Source: Octopus vulgaris
Lineage: Eukaryota
Reading direction: 5' to 3'
DNA length: 64,000 nt
Assembly (NCBI GenBank): GCA_951406725.2
Contig: OX597832.1
Location: forward strand, 46,190,001 to 46,254,000
Shown: positions 14,780-28,493 of the stretch, piece by piece
How the letters are laid out: the number at the start of each line of letters is the position of its first letter
Numbering within the stretch: the stretch's first letter is position 1
Program-made: the position numbers and the translations under genes
The notes under the pieces: generated by a model
Databases searched by the model: none
Seen by the model: only the letters and a program-made list of their open reading frames with translations
What the model was told of the DNA's origin: nothing

Positions 14780-14920
14780 ATTTCCCCAAGACGCCTGATG
14801 AAGGCTGGATGGTATATCAGCCAAAAACATAGTGTTAACAACAAACAAGGTGAAAACAAATATCCGCCAAATGTATATTAAGTAAATAAATGTAAATAAT
14901 GTAAATAATGTAAATAATGA
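14780..14920 (+). mobile_element. Penelope-like 3' end with degenerate hammerhead
   Basis: ctgatga-a-ggctg...cagcc-aaaaac at 14795-14828 (GAAAC mutated); ends in tandem tgtaaataa. Confidence 0.5.
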
Positions 14921-15771
14921 ACTTAACCTTCTTTCTGAATTTACTCCTACTTATGTAATATTAGCTATTCATCTCATTTGGTTGATAAAATATTGCAGAT
15001 ACAAGTGCTGCGATCGAATTTATCCACGTTCCAAAATGGTTGCGTATGTGCTCATTTTAGAAATAATTAATTATAACTCTACTAGTTTGAGGAATGTAAT
15101 AGCGCCTGAAACATCAGTAGCGGTACTTTTGTAGCTATTTTAGTTACAGTGATTGCAATGTCGTACGGTGCATCAATTACGTGAATTATTAATGAAGATA
15201 CAATAATGAACATGAAAAACAAATACTTTAAAATAAAGGGAATTCTAAAGGAGGAAAATAATCAAAGCAATCGAAAACATTATAAATGATTAACAGTAGA
15301 ATCAAGACCAATATATATGTATGCATCCCTCACCAAAAAAAAAAAAAAAAAAAGGAAGAAATGGAGAAAGAACTTAAGTAAAACAATGAAGAAAAGTTAA
15401 ATAAAAGAGATGCAGACAGAGAGAATGAGAAAAAAGACGGGGAAAGAAAAAAACAGATAAAGAATGAGAGAAAGAGAGGGGGAATGAGAGAAGTAATATA
15501 GAGGATCAGAAAATGTAACGCCATCAATTAAGAACAGGGAATTAAATTAAAAACAAAAAAAATGTATAAGCGGACCCTTTAATACAGATATATATACTCA
15601 CACATCTTTCAATGAATATATCTTTTACAGACGCAGATGTATGTTTGTATTTGTGATTCTATGGTAAGTATGTGCGTTTGTACGAGTAACGTATATGTAA
15701 AAAAAAATATGAGCGTATATATATATATATATGTATATATATATGCATATATATATGTATATATATATATA

Positions 15772-15820
<49 letters not shown>

Positions 15821-15835
15821 ATATATATATGTATA

Positions 15836-15908
<73 letters not shown>

Positions 15909-16596
15909 GCATATGCACAGACACTCACGCACACTCTCACATACACACTCATATATATATATCATTTTTACATACGTGTGGGTGGTTTTCGTTCTTTGCC
16001 TGTGTGTGTTCGGTAAGACTGTTGCATTTATTTATTTATTTATGCTTCCATAAACGCTTATAACTAGTTGCCAAATAGACATATGCTCGGTGTGCTTTCT
16101 TAGACACAAAGAAGTTATTTGTGTTCGTTTTCAATTGTATTAAATATATATTTCGCTTTCTTGACTTACAGATGCGAGTACTAAGGTATAGACAGATATA
16201 CTAATATAAGAGAAAAGCGAAACTGATAAAATAAAGATATATATGTAAACCATGGAGACATATACAAGAATACAGAACAAAATACATTAAACATGCCTCA
16301 ACAGAAAACAAAAAACAGCAGTCGAAAAATACGTTCCTAGACATGTAAAATGGCGGGGAGAATCAGAATATCCAATTAAATAAATGGAATATCTACTTCT
16401 CAGTACTATGTACCATACTGACTGTGGGTATATATATATAAATGTATATATATATATTTACATATATATATATATATATATATATACAAACATACTCGTG
16501 CATAAATGTATGCGTGTATATATGTAAACACACACGCGTGAATATATGTCTCCAGGTATGTGAGCATAAATATGTGTAGATGGAAAGAGACATGTA

Positions 16597-16650
<54 letters not shown>

Positions 16651-16731
16651 AATAGTCATAAAATTAAAATATCAACATAGACATTCAAGAATGAGTGTGT
16701 ATATGGATATATATATCTATATCTATCTATA

Positions 16732-16837
<106 letters not shown>

Positions 16838-16839
16838 AA

Positions 16840-16877
<38 letters not shown>

Positions 16878-16993
16878 AACACATATATGTAATTATGGAC
16901 ACATACAATACATATGTGTGAACGTATATGAATATATAAACATGTTTACATACACACATACACGTATATACGTGTACATACACACATACATAC

Positions 16994-17038
<45 letters not shown>

Positions 17039-17051
17039 GTATGTATGTATG

Positions 17052-17120
<69 letters not shown>

Positions 17121-17876
17121 GTTATTCGTTTAATGTGTCATCAATTTTAAGTTTGGAGACAAGAGTGCAAATTCGCCGATCAATAACCGTCTAGCGCCAT
17201 TGTTTAAATCTGTGATCATTAATCAATATGTTAATGTTAGCATTTGCTTCTATTTTACTTTAGATTTGATTTCTCTTTTACAGGTTTTCACTCCATTTTT
17301 CATTCCACCACATGGGAGCGTGTATATTCTTCTATTTCGCAATTTTATTGTACAATTTACTAATTTGCTCTTTGTTACCGTTGCAGTAGATTTTTTGTTT
17401 GTACTCTTCATCTGCCATATATATTGTAAGATGCATTTCAGCTTTTTTTTAATCCCATGGTGCTTCAAATTAACATTGCACTTCTATGTAGATTTAGTGA
17501 TCTTTTTGGTAGTATGTGTCTAGTCAATATTTTCCTCATGTGTGTAAGTATATGCTGATAATGCAGCATAATACAATACCTTATCATAAACGCTCCCCAT
17601 CTACCTGTCTGACCGTCTGTGTGAGTCTGCCTGTGTCTGTGTGCAGGTATGTGCATATACTATATGTATATATGTACAGGGTATACACAAAAACTTTAGA
17701 CAACTTCAAAAACTCATTACAAATATTTAGAGAAGGTAGCAATTAAATTTTTCTTTCATATCAACATTTCATTATAAAAGTTTTAATGATATTAATGCTT
17801 TTATTGATACATTTATTAATGTTGTTTTTATAATGCAGACTTCTATTTGTGTAATGACTTTGTGGAAACTCTGTCC

Positions 17877-17920
<44 letters not shown>

Positions 17921-18013
17921 ATAGCAATTGTGAACAGGTTATATATTTAACGGTCTATTGCATAAGAGTATCTTCCATGTAGTTGATGACGACTACATTT
18001 TCTCCAATGATAT

Positions 18014-18089
<76 letters not shown>

Positions 18090-18095
<6 letters not shown>

Positions 18096-18420
18096 TATAG
18101 AACTGACCGCTAAAAGTGGACAGTTTATATGCTAGATATAGACGTCAAAATCGCTATTTTCCACGAAGAATGTGTTCTGAAGAAAAAACCAAAGTGTAAA
18201 AATAAGCAAGGACAAATGAAAATATACGAAATAAAAAACGTTTACCTATGTACTAATTAGTTTCACTTGTTAATATTTACGTATATGGATACGTAAACAT
18301 CTGCAAGATCATCAACATCGTCTGTCGTTTACAAAATACAATTTCCAGAATTAAATACAGAACGCTAAACCGAAATCTAGCATGTATAGAGTTCCACAAA
18401 TTATATTTATCTGTATCTTT
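18090..18420 (-). mobile_element. Probable Penelope-like remnant with long-stem-II hammerhead-like motif
   Basis: Minus strand 18316-18259: ttgatga-t-cttg...tttacgta..tacgtaaa...caag-t-gaaac; same architecture as 55833-55892; abuts (TA)n. Confidence 0.45.
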
Positions 18421-18813
18421 GAAATGCCTACACTTTGGCGCGCTGAGATCGGAAATTTACTCCGCAGAATCTTCGGTTCGTATTTTTTTTTAAAGTATGC
18501 TAGACCACCTGTTTTAATTGATTAATATAAATGTGTACTCTTATTTAAATTTTTTATCTAACAAAAGAATGTCATACTCTGCACAATTGGTTGGAGTTAT
18601 GCCTATTATACATGAGGTCTGGCTAAGTACCATATTAGTTAGAGTTTAGTAGTCATAGTTCACATTCACATCTTCAGCGAACTGGAAACAGGCAAAGAGT
18701 ATGTGAAAGAAGTTTAAAATGGCGCTAAGTTATTTAGCCTCCGTTGTTCAGTTCAAGTCCCGTTGTTTCTTTGTACACTGACAGGTATAATGACTATCAT
18801 TACATTGTACGTA

Positions 18814-18887
<74 letters not shown>

Positions 18888-18888
<1 letters not shown>

Positions 18889-19024
18889 CTGTGTACCTTT
18901 CTGTAGAAGAGCGTAGGCTCGAAACGTAAAAGACTTTTTTATATTCATGAGCGTTATACTAATATATTTGTTTGTTTTGTACACCACCTGTCTTCGTCCT
19001 TTGTTTTATTCGTAAACTCTCCCT
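18888..19024 (+). mobile_element. Penelope-like 3' end, family A
   Basis: cttt-ctgtaga-a-gagcgtaggctc-gaaacgta-aaag; flanked by (TA)n on both sides. Confidence 0.8.
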
Positions 19025-19785
19025 ATATATATATAAAAGGAGAGAGAGAGAAATTGATAGATATATAGATAACAAATAACAACTAATGTATAGTGGTGCA
19101 CTCCCTACAGCTGTTTCAGACGTGTTTTATTTATTGATACATAGAGTCAATACAATTGATGGCAATTATGGGGTGGTATGTAAGTAAATGTAAACACTTG
19201 AGCGTTCATTAAAATATCAGTCGGCTGTACCTGCATGCTTCATCTTTTTTTAGCAAAACCATAGGGAAAAGCCGAGAATTATGATCGGTCCAATCGATTG
19301 AACTCATTCATCCAACTGAGACCCTCTACTTATATTAGTAATCAATATATATAATAAATCAATAAACTAATGTTAATGTATTTATGTTTCTTTTTTATCC
19401 CATATTATAAAAGCTAAAAATTACTCTTGGCAAATGTATCGTTCATACTCTGATATATCTCAATCGATGTCAGTTATTGTCTAATCTAACCATTTCTTTT
19501 TTAATTCTAGAATAATTAATGCGATGTTATCCCTGGTGGTAGTGGTGGGGTGGTGGGTAGAAATTATTATGAGAAGATATAACTATAAATTATAAACGTT
19601 CTCAGTGGCGCTCTGCTGATTTTAAACCTATCGCTTTTTCTTTGCCTCAAACTACCCGTGAGGCTATCTGCATATTTTTTTTAATTTTGCAGTATATTAT
19701 TGATTTTCTATTGTATGGAACCGATTCAAGTCTTAAGAAGATAAATTCACCCAAACTGCGGTGACAGTGAAACATTTATATATAA

Positions 19786-20168
19786 TCCCTATGTATAAAG
19801 CTGAAGTTGTTTGTGTATGGCAGGTTTGGTAGCCTTCGACTAACACTATCTGCTCCGAGACCCTGCGGCACAAGTTGACCAAAATTCAGAGTATGATAGA
19901 AGAAGGCTTGTTCTTCCTTCCACAGAAGAAACAATTCAAATCGGACCATGTTAACACCAAAAATTATTTACATCAAAAAGGCGCTTTTCTCTATGAAAAT
20001 CCCTATATTTTACGATTTTTTGACTGCTATCTCGCCATTTTTCGTGTATTTCAACCTGAAAAATGTTCGCTTAAAGAGAATAACAAGCTACATAATGCAA
20101 AAGTTTTTCAAAAATTCCAATTCTAAAGGATCGAAACAACCCCGAGCAACGCCGAGCGATACTGCTAG
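19786..20168 (+). mobile_element. Non-autonomous Helitron
   Basis: A|TC start (tccctatgtataaag), GC-rich subterminal imperfect hairpin cccgagcaacgccgag, CTAG|T end, no TSD; 3' end shared with 44778-45150. Confidence 0.8.
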
Positions 20169-20426
20169 TATTCTATAAAATAATAAACCGCAATTGTACC
20201 TTCACATTATTCCAGCGATGCTTGCAGTTCATTATCTTATAATTGCTGTTATGTATAACTTATTAATGACATATTCGGTTGCACAAACGATACGACAAAT
20301 CACTTTTTAATAATGAAACAAATAGGAATATTTTCTTTATTCTACATAATGATTTCGCTACACGTTATATGCCACATATATCTAACAGTTCACTATCTTA
20401 TTAACCAGTATATTATTAGTGTTAAG

Positions 20427-20811
20427 TGGAGGCGCAATGGTCCAGTGGTTAGGGCAGCGGACTCGCGGTCATAGGATCGCGGTTTCGATTCCCAGACCGG
20501 GCGTTGTGAGTGTTTATTGAGCGAAAACACCTAAAGCTCCACGATCTCCGGCAGGGGATGGTGGTGATCCCTGCTGTACTCTTTCACCACAACTTTCTCT
20601 CACTCTTACTTCCTGTTTCTGTTGTACCTGTATTTCAAAGGGCCGGCGGCTTGTCACTCTCTGTGTCACGCTGAATATCCCCGAGAACTACGTTAAGGGT
20701 ACACGTGTCTGTGGAGTGCTCAGCCACATACACGTTAATTTCACGAGCAGGCTGTTCCGTTGATTCGGATCAACCGGAACCCTCGTCGTCGTAACCGACG
20801 GAGTGCTTCCA
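20427..20811 (+). mobile_element. tRNA-derived SINE, family 1, tail type A, with 12-bp TSD
   Basis: TSD tattagtgttaa at 20414-20425 and 20815-20826; near-identical to 2632-3014. Confidence 0.95.
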
Positions 20812-21755
20812 TCATATTAGTGTTAAAGATGTAGGCTTTTTAATCTATCCCATAATCATGCGAAGCACTACAATCTAGGAATAAGCAACTGTCATATGTT
20901 TCATTTAACATAATAATAGCCAATAATAATAAACTATGATAATAATCACAATTATATTGATTTCTCACTTTATTCAGATTACATCGTTTACTGCATGTTT
21001 TGAGAAAAGAATTACGTACATAAGAAAAATATTTAAGATAATAAAAATAAAACTAATGTAGATAATTAGTGAGATAGAGTTCAGTAGATATATGTGAATA
21101 AAAAGCGACCGATTTTTTTAGGCATCATAACATATTTAGAGAACCAAGATTTCATTTGTATTTACAATTTCTCATTTGTAAGGTATAATTAAAAATTCTA
21201 CTCCCCTGGCATCTGCTTCTTTTGCAATTTATCTCATAAAGTAATTCAACTGAAGCAGCTATTGGAATTATATATTAGTCACTAATGAAGTTTGTTACTC
21301 AACCGTAAATACAATTAAATTATCAAGTACATTTGCCTTTCTAGATATGTATCTATTCCACTGAAGTTACATTATCATATATATATATAGATAGTGGCCA
21401 GGTGATTTATCTCTCCAAACAAATATACAAAGCAACTGTTTGTATCTATTATTGATCAGCAAAAATTATTTATTACATTTATTGTAAAAATATAAATTAA
21501 ACTGTACATTGCTATAGTGAACTTCCTTAAACGTTATTTTCCAAAATGAATTTTTCGTTATTGCTAAGCTGTGTCTTAGCCATTTCGTAATTATTCCTTA
21601 CGATCATAGAATGCTTATTTTTTTCGCCAGGCGCTTGATATTTCTTCGTTGGGAATCTTGTGAATTCACAAATCTATTGATACAAGGCAGAGTTTGTAAT
21701 TGATTTTTTTTTGTTTATATAATATGTATCATTTTTATAGAGAAAGATAATTTTA

Positions 21756-21984
21756 TACTCTTTTACTTGTTTCAGTCATTTGACTGTGGCCATGTGGGAA
21801 CACCGCCTTTTTTAGTCGAGCAAATTGACCCCCAGGACTTATTCTTTGTGAGCCTGGTATTTATTCTATAGGTCACTTTTGCCGAATCGCTAAGTTACGA
21901 GGATGTAAACACACCAGCATCGGTTGTCAACGATGTTGGGGAGGGGGACAAACACAGACACACAAACATATAAACACACAAAGA

Positions 21985-22054
<70 letters not shown>

Positions 22055-22206
22055 TATACGACGGGCTTCTTTCAGTTTCCGTCTACCAAATCCACTCACA
22101 AGGCTTTTGGTCGGCCCGAGGTTATAGTAGAAGACACTTGCCCAAGGTGCCACGCAGTGGGACTGAACCGAGAACCATGTGGTTCGTAAACAAGCTACTT
22201 ACCACA
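21756..22206 (-). mobile_element. Family 2 SINE (CORE-like motif, internal microsatellite)
   Basis: Head tgtggtaagtagcttg..., CORE-like caccttgggcaagtgtctt, tail tgactgaaacaagtaaaagagta; homologous to 39226-39625 and 49136-49560. Confidence 0.9.
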
Positions 22207-22282
22207 GATCCACATCTAAACCTCTAAATATTATATATAATTTTCATTAGTATTTTAATTTATTTCTCTTCAATCATCATAG

Positions 22283-22573
22283 TGTGATCAGAACTTGCTT
22301 TGTAACTACATGGATTCCAGTTCAATCTTTTCACGGGGCATATTTGACAAGTGTCTTTTACTAGAGCTCCAGTGTGGCCAATGACAGGTGAGCGCATTTG
22401 TGAGCTAGAAAAACATACCCAAACATACAGTCAATCACACGCACATATATCTATAAAATAATTACCGGACTTAAAAAATGATTACTGCAGTCGAATTGTT
22501 CGACAAAAACCCTTCAAGGTGGTGCCCCAGCATGGCAACAGTTCAGTGACTGAAACACGCGAAAGATGAAGAG
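22283..22573 (+). mobile_element. Old diverged family 2 SINE
   Basis: Retains caagtgtctt and the tail ggtggtgccccagcatggcaacag...tgactgaaac. Confidence 0.6.
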
Positions 22574-22652
22574 GCAGAGGCTGTTGATTTTATCAATTAA
22601 AGGTATCAACGCTTTTACCAATTTTATCAAATTTATCAATTAAAGGTATCAG

Positions 22653-23032
22653 GGCAGGAGCTGGCAGAATCGTTAGCACGCCGCTACGTTCTGAGTTCAA
22701 ATTCCTCCGAGGTCGACATTGCCTTTCATCCTTTCGGAGTCGATAAATTAAGCACCAGTTACGCACTGGGGTCGATGTAATCGACTTAATCCGTTCGTGT
22801 TTCCTTGTTTGTCCCCTCTGTGTTTAGCCCCTTGTGGGTAGTAAAGAAATAGGTATTTTCAGCCGCTACATTCTGAGTTCAAATTCCACCGAGATCGACT
22901 TTGCCTTTCATCGTTTCGGGGTCGATTAAATAAGTACCAGTTACGCACTGGGGTCGATATAATCCACTTAATCCGTTTGTCTGTCATTGTTTGTCCTCTC
23001 TGTGTTTAGCCCCTAGTGGGCAGTAAAGAAAC
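22653..23032 (+). mobile_element. Family 3 SINE: one head plus two tandem bodies, 9-bp TSD
   Basis: Head gagctggcagaatcgttagcacgcc; second body starts at 22852; TSD aggtatcag at 22644-22652 and 23033-23041. Confidence 0.9.
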
Positions 23033-23740
23033 AGGTATCAGAGCTTTTGTTCTAGGACTGATATCTGTATTTCAAACAAAAACGGGACGTTCTGTTTAAC
23101 AGAACACATATTGACACTGCAATAAATACACGTAGCATAAGTGAATAAACGTAATACTAAATGGAACTTGAAGCTTGTATGCTATAATATACTGAAGGAA
23201 AAGTCGATGTTCTTTTCAAGAGAACATGGGAATTGTTAGAATTTATTAGTTACATGTCACGACGGATTTTCTCCAAAGTTCACTTGAGTTCAACAATGAT
23301 GGTATGAAGCATTTAATGTGGAAATATGTCTGACTGCACCGAAATAAAAACGTTTTTGAGTGTGTGAGTTCAGCAATTTTGGTATATCTACGTAATATGT
23401 ACAGTGCAGACACTATGAACATTTATGTTTGATAATCTATTGAAAATGCATAAAGTAGAGAAAATGGCGTTCTTTACTTTCTTTTTGAATTGAGCTGTCA
23501 ATATGTTTACCATTTTCATGACCGACTTAGAGTGGTCGTATGAATGCATACATCTCAGAAAAAGAAAGAGAAAGGAGAGAGAACGATGGAGGGAGAGACG
23601 GAGAGATAAAAAAGACACATATATACAAACATATATAGACAGACATAAAAGAGATAAAAATAGAAAGATGTAGAGGCATGCAGTTAAGTAGATTGATTGA
23701 GAGAGGACAGGAGAAAAGAGGAAGAGTGAAAGAAAGAGCG

Positions 23741-23780
<40 letters not shown>

Positions 23781-25897
23781 CAATATTCATTGCTCATATG
23801 CTGAATATCCAGAGTCTAGAATCTATGTTCGTGTTTAACTTCATATCATATTTCACAATAATAATAAGCGGTAGCGTAGTATTTTCTCAATACGTACTTT
23901 GAACCATTTATCATTGGAAATTTTAACTGAATCTTCGAGTTGTTTGAATGGTGTTAGAATATGTCAAACTATATTGTTCCGACATCATATTCACAATTTA
24001 CAACACTCTGTCACTATCAAATTATTAACAATACAAGAATATATTTACACTATTATTTTGTTTTATTTCTTTTAACTCAGTTACAATACTCTTGCAGAAA
24101 TTATTGGTCTCTATAAAAAAAAAAAATTCTCATATACGCTCGTGATATCAACAAATTTCCTAACAGAAATAAAGCTGAGTGGTATTATGACATTGGTATA
24201 ATAATTTAAGGCCAAATCACGATATATGTGTTTCTTCGTTTTTACTGTGTTTTATCTAGAATTTTTGTAAACATGCCTTTGACATCAGAGAATATTTTGC
24301 TATACTTGTCATTTCGGATGAAAATTAACACAACGTTTAATTTATAGCTTTCATTTATGATACACTCAATTAAATACCGGATGTTTTTGCTCACAAATAT
24401 GAATGACTGCTACTTGAGAGAGGTAAATGTTAAAATGAAGACAGCGAGTTGGCAGAAATAATTGCACGCCGGACAAAATGTTTAGTGGCATTTCCTCTGG
24501 ATTATAAAATCTGAGTTCGAAATTATGTTGCATCTATTGCTTATTTTTGTAGCCATTTCAGGGTCAAATTTAAATGGTTGCACACACTTTATATTATTAA
24601 CGCTAATATATATTTCGGACAGAGTCAAGACTATTGAAAAGGTTGCAAAACGCAACGAAAATTTTAGAAAATAAAAATAAGAAATAAGGGGAAATTTTAC
24701 CGGTGAGTGTGTTAAATAATAAGGCACTAAAAGAGAATGACTCTCCACAGACACGACAGATAATATATATTTCCTTAAGGATTTACAGCTCGGCTACCAT
24801 TATAAAAAAGTAAAAAAATACAATGCTGGTGATCGTTTTTGAAGAAATCAATAGTTTCGCAATAATTTCTCTATCCAGAGACTGCAGTTCAAGCAAGTAT
24901 GAGTAAAAGCATCAGTATAAAGAATAACAGAAACATTAGAACTACATTTCAATATGGTAAGCTGCTGGATCAGAGTACACAATCAAATCAATAACTAAAA
25001 ACAATGTTGTCTACATCTACATGAATATTTACGGCCGAAATATTTTGCCTTGGATGTTCTTTTATCAAACTTTCCTCCATAAAGTTTGTTCTTGAATTTC
25101 ATTGTGCCACATTTCAATTAAGGCTAATTGTTTTACAAAATGTATTTTATACATTACGCTTATTCCACTAACGGAAATTCATATTCCTTTCCAGGATAGT
25201 ATTTCCTAATGATAATGACTATTATTAAATCTAATAAGAGAAAGAGTCGGTAAGGTAAAACATGCGCTTTTAATTTCGAGCTCGACATTCCCAGTAGAAG
25301 ATTAGTTTTTACAATTATCTCCGCAGACATTTTGAATTTCCTCGAACGACTATTCATACTATTAATGTGATAGCACCTTTTGCAAAGATTTCAGACCCCT
25401 TCAATTATTCATTCAGAAATCATTTTATCTATTGCATTTCATTTTAAAACATCGACAATTAAATTAAATCATACCTATTTTAAATGACTTGATGCTTTCC
25501 GTTGCAAGGCGTATAGTTATTGTTTCAGATGTAAGCTTTAAATTTATTCACATTCCGATTGTATTTTAGGACTAGAGTGAATATATCACATTGAATTTTA
25601 TTCAATATGCCAATTCAGAAATTATGGACTTCTTTCAATCGATTATATAACTTGCCAATTAGGTAGAGTTATATACCTAATAATTGATATTGTTCGTAGA
25701 GGGATATACATTAATCTCTACTGCTTCCCTTAATTTACCATCAATTTCCATAAAATGGCATATTCTTATATCAAGAATTATTGCATTATGCATATATATA
25801 TAGGTGTTTTAGTTCCGACTTCTATTGTTCAAACACACACCTACTTTACTCTATAGGAGTTATGCAAAAAGCTGTAAAATTTAGAAAATTTGTACAA

Positions 25898-25942
<45 letters not shown>

Positions 25943-26309
25943 GAGTAGGTTTTGTTAGTTGCTCTCAATGTGACGTCAGTGAATGTACAATTGCTGCCAC
26001 AGAGAAGAAACAATAAGTTATGTAAGTATGCATTTATATTTGTGTGGGTCTATCTGTGTGAGAGCATATATGCTCTGTCATATTGCAGTTTGCATGTTCT
26101 ACTATATCTTCTTAGGCAATAGTTCAATTACACCACTACGTTGCATGTATGGTTTGTAGACACGCCATCTTCGTGATCAATATATGTCATACTGCTAAGA
26201 AAGCATTACCTGCTTGCAAACTGCAGATATAAATATATAAACTTATCAAGAAGGGTCTTTGAAAATATGTATATATAAATATATATATGTATGTGTGTGT
26301 ATAGATATT

Positions 26310-26375
<66 letters not shown>

Positions 26376-26465
26376 TATGTGTGTATATATATATATCCGT
26401 ATATATGTAAATATACACATGTACATACATATACTTATATATACACATATATACATACACACATA

Positions 26466-26548
<83 letters not shown>

Positions 26549-26841
26549 TATAAACACATATATACATACATATATATACCGATATATCTATCTCTCTATA
26601 CATCCATGCACACATATATTCCAGTACTTGCTTTGTAATATTGTGCATGCAACAGTTTGGCACATGTATACTTATTAGGATATTTCTCCGATATACTCCA
26701 GCTGTCAGATGCATTTCTTATGCTGCAACTACCTACATTGTCTGATGGTAGCTTGGTATTCGCTACAATTGGAAACTCTTCCAGTGAATATTTGAAAGTT
26801 AATATACCTATACTAGTTTGACACAAACACACGCACGTGTT

Positions 26842-26890
<49 letters not shown>

Positions 26891-28204
26891 CGTTTCCAAT
26901 AAAAAGCATGACCGACATCTTTAGCGTGAGCGGATACTACTAAAAAGTGCAATAGCGAGATGAAAAAGTTTATTCATGCGTGGAATCTATTTAGCTAAAA
27001 TTTATTGTTTAGTTAAAGTTATTATTAATATTATTTCCTTAATTATTTTCCTCCTTCTTTTCTTACTACTATGAGTACCACAAAGGTCGCTTTGGCTCTA
27101 TTGTTATTATCCTTGGTGCAATTATCGCAATATTAATTTTGTATTTGTGCAGAATCTGTTAATTTGATTAGTGAGAAAGTAATGAAAATAATATACATAA
27201 ATGGACTTAATCGTATTTGCCCTAATGAAGTGCCCATACACTGCTGTTGCTGAAAAATAGTTAACTATATAGTAATTATAAAGAATAATCTTGTACAATG
27301 GTATAAATATTTATAAACCCAGCAACTTAAGTTGGCGTGTTTTGCAGAAACAATTGTTGTGATCTACTATTAAAGCCAGATATTCTCCATCCTTGCGTTA
27401 TATTATTCATCAAACGCGCATTCTCTCCATATCCTTCTCCAGCATAGTTGATATAATATTTATGGCCTCTTCACTATACAAAATTGTATATATATGCACG
27501 CAGTATCCATGCGTGTTTGTAAGAGTGTACTTCTCTATGTACATCGTATACATATATACAACTTAAATTAAACTCCAAAAAAAAAAAAAAGGAAATGGCA
27601 TCTTCACTTTACATAATTAAACAGATGTTACTATGTCTTGTTATTCTCTACTTACATAGTAAAGCAAAAGAGATTAACCTGGCAAATTTCTACGATGAGT
27701 GTCTAAACTTCAGAGATAAAAGAATCCTCTAATAAAAGTGTATTGTATATGCTATTTAAACGCAAATTAAGATGCAACTGATACAACTTGACAAATTTAC
27801 ATGTCTTTCATTTCATCTTGTGATTAAATCATTTGAAGCACATAGTGAAATGAAAACTAAATGTAAATTTAGTCTCATTCTGGTCAAAAGTTTATGCTTA
27901 TCAGTAAGTAATGAATCCCGAGGTTAGTATAACAAACAGCTTTCTGAAGTGAGGCCATATTGCAGAAAGTTATATTGGATAAAAAAATGTTAATGGATGC
28001 ACGTTACAGGAAGTATTTCTTTATAAGATGTCTGGTAGTAAAAATGGATATCAAAATATATTCCCGATCAGGAAACGTTTGGAAAGAAAGGCTAATAGTT
28101 CGATATAAAGATTGATTGATCTAAGCCTGAATACTATTTGTCTGAGGTCTGCTCAAAAACCAAAAATCTGGCTACCCAACAGTAATAACAGAAGAAAAAC
28201 CATG

Positions 28205-28254
<50 letters not shown>

Positions 28255-28258
<4 letters not shown>

Positions 28259-28280
28259 CTTTATTGCCCACAAGGGGCTA
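28255..28280 (-). mobile_element. Extreme 3' tip of family 3 SINE
   Basis: Reverse complement tagccccttgtgggcaataaagaaat is identical to the end of the 36135 copy. Confidence 0.7.
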
Positions 28281-28303
28281 TTACATACACGCATGGATAC
28301 TAC

Positions 28304-28367
<64 letters not shown>

Positions 28368-28493
28368 GAGTGTATTTTTACCTTGTTAACAATTAACACG
28401 GAAAAATAAATACATAGTTACCATTTTTTATTCATATATATATATATATATATGGATACTATGTACATATATATATATACATACATACATATA

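Noticed and set aside
17684-17880. tacaggg-type Tc1/mariner terminal repeat
   Set aside because: No matching inverted end located
27064-27165. Signal-peptide-like or transmembrane-like short frames
   Set aside because: Bounded by stops with no usable splice sites; hydrophobic codons are expected from T-rich sequence
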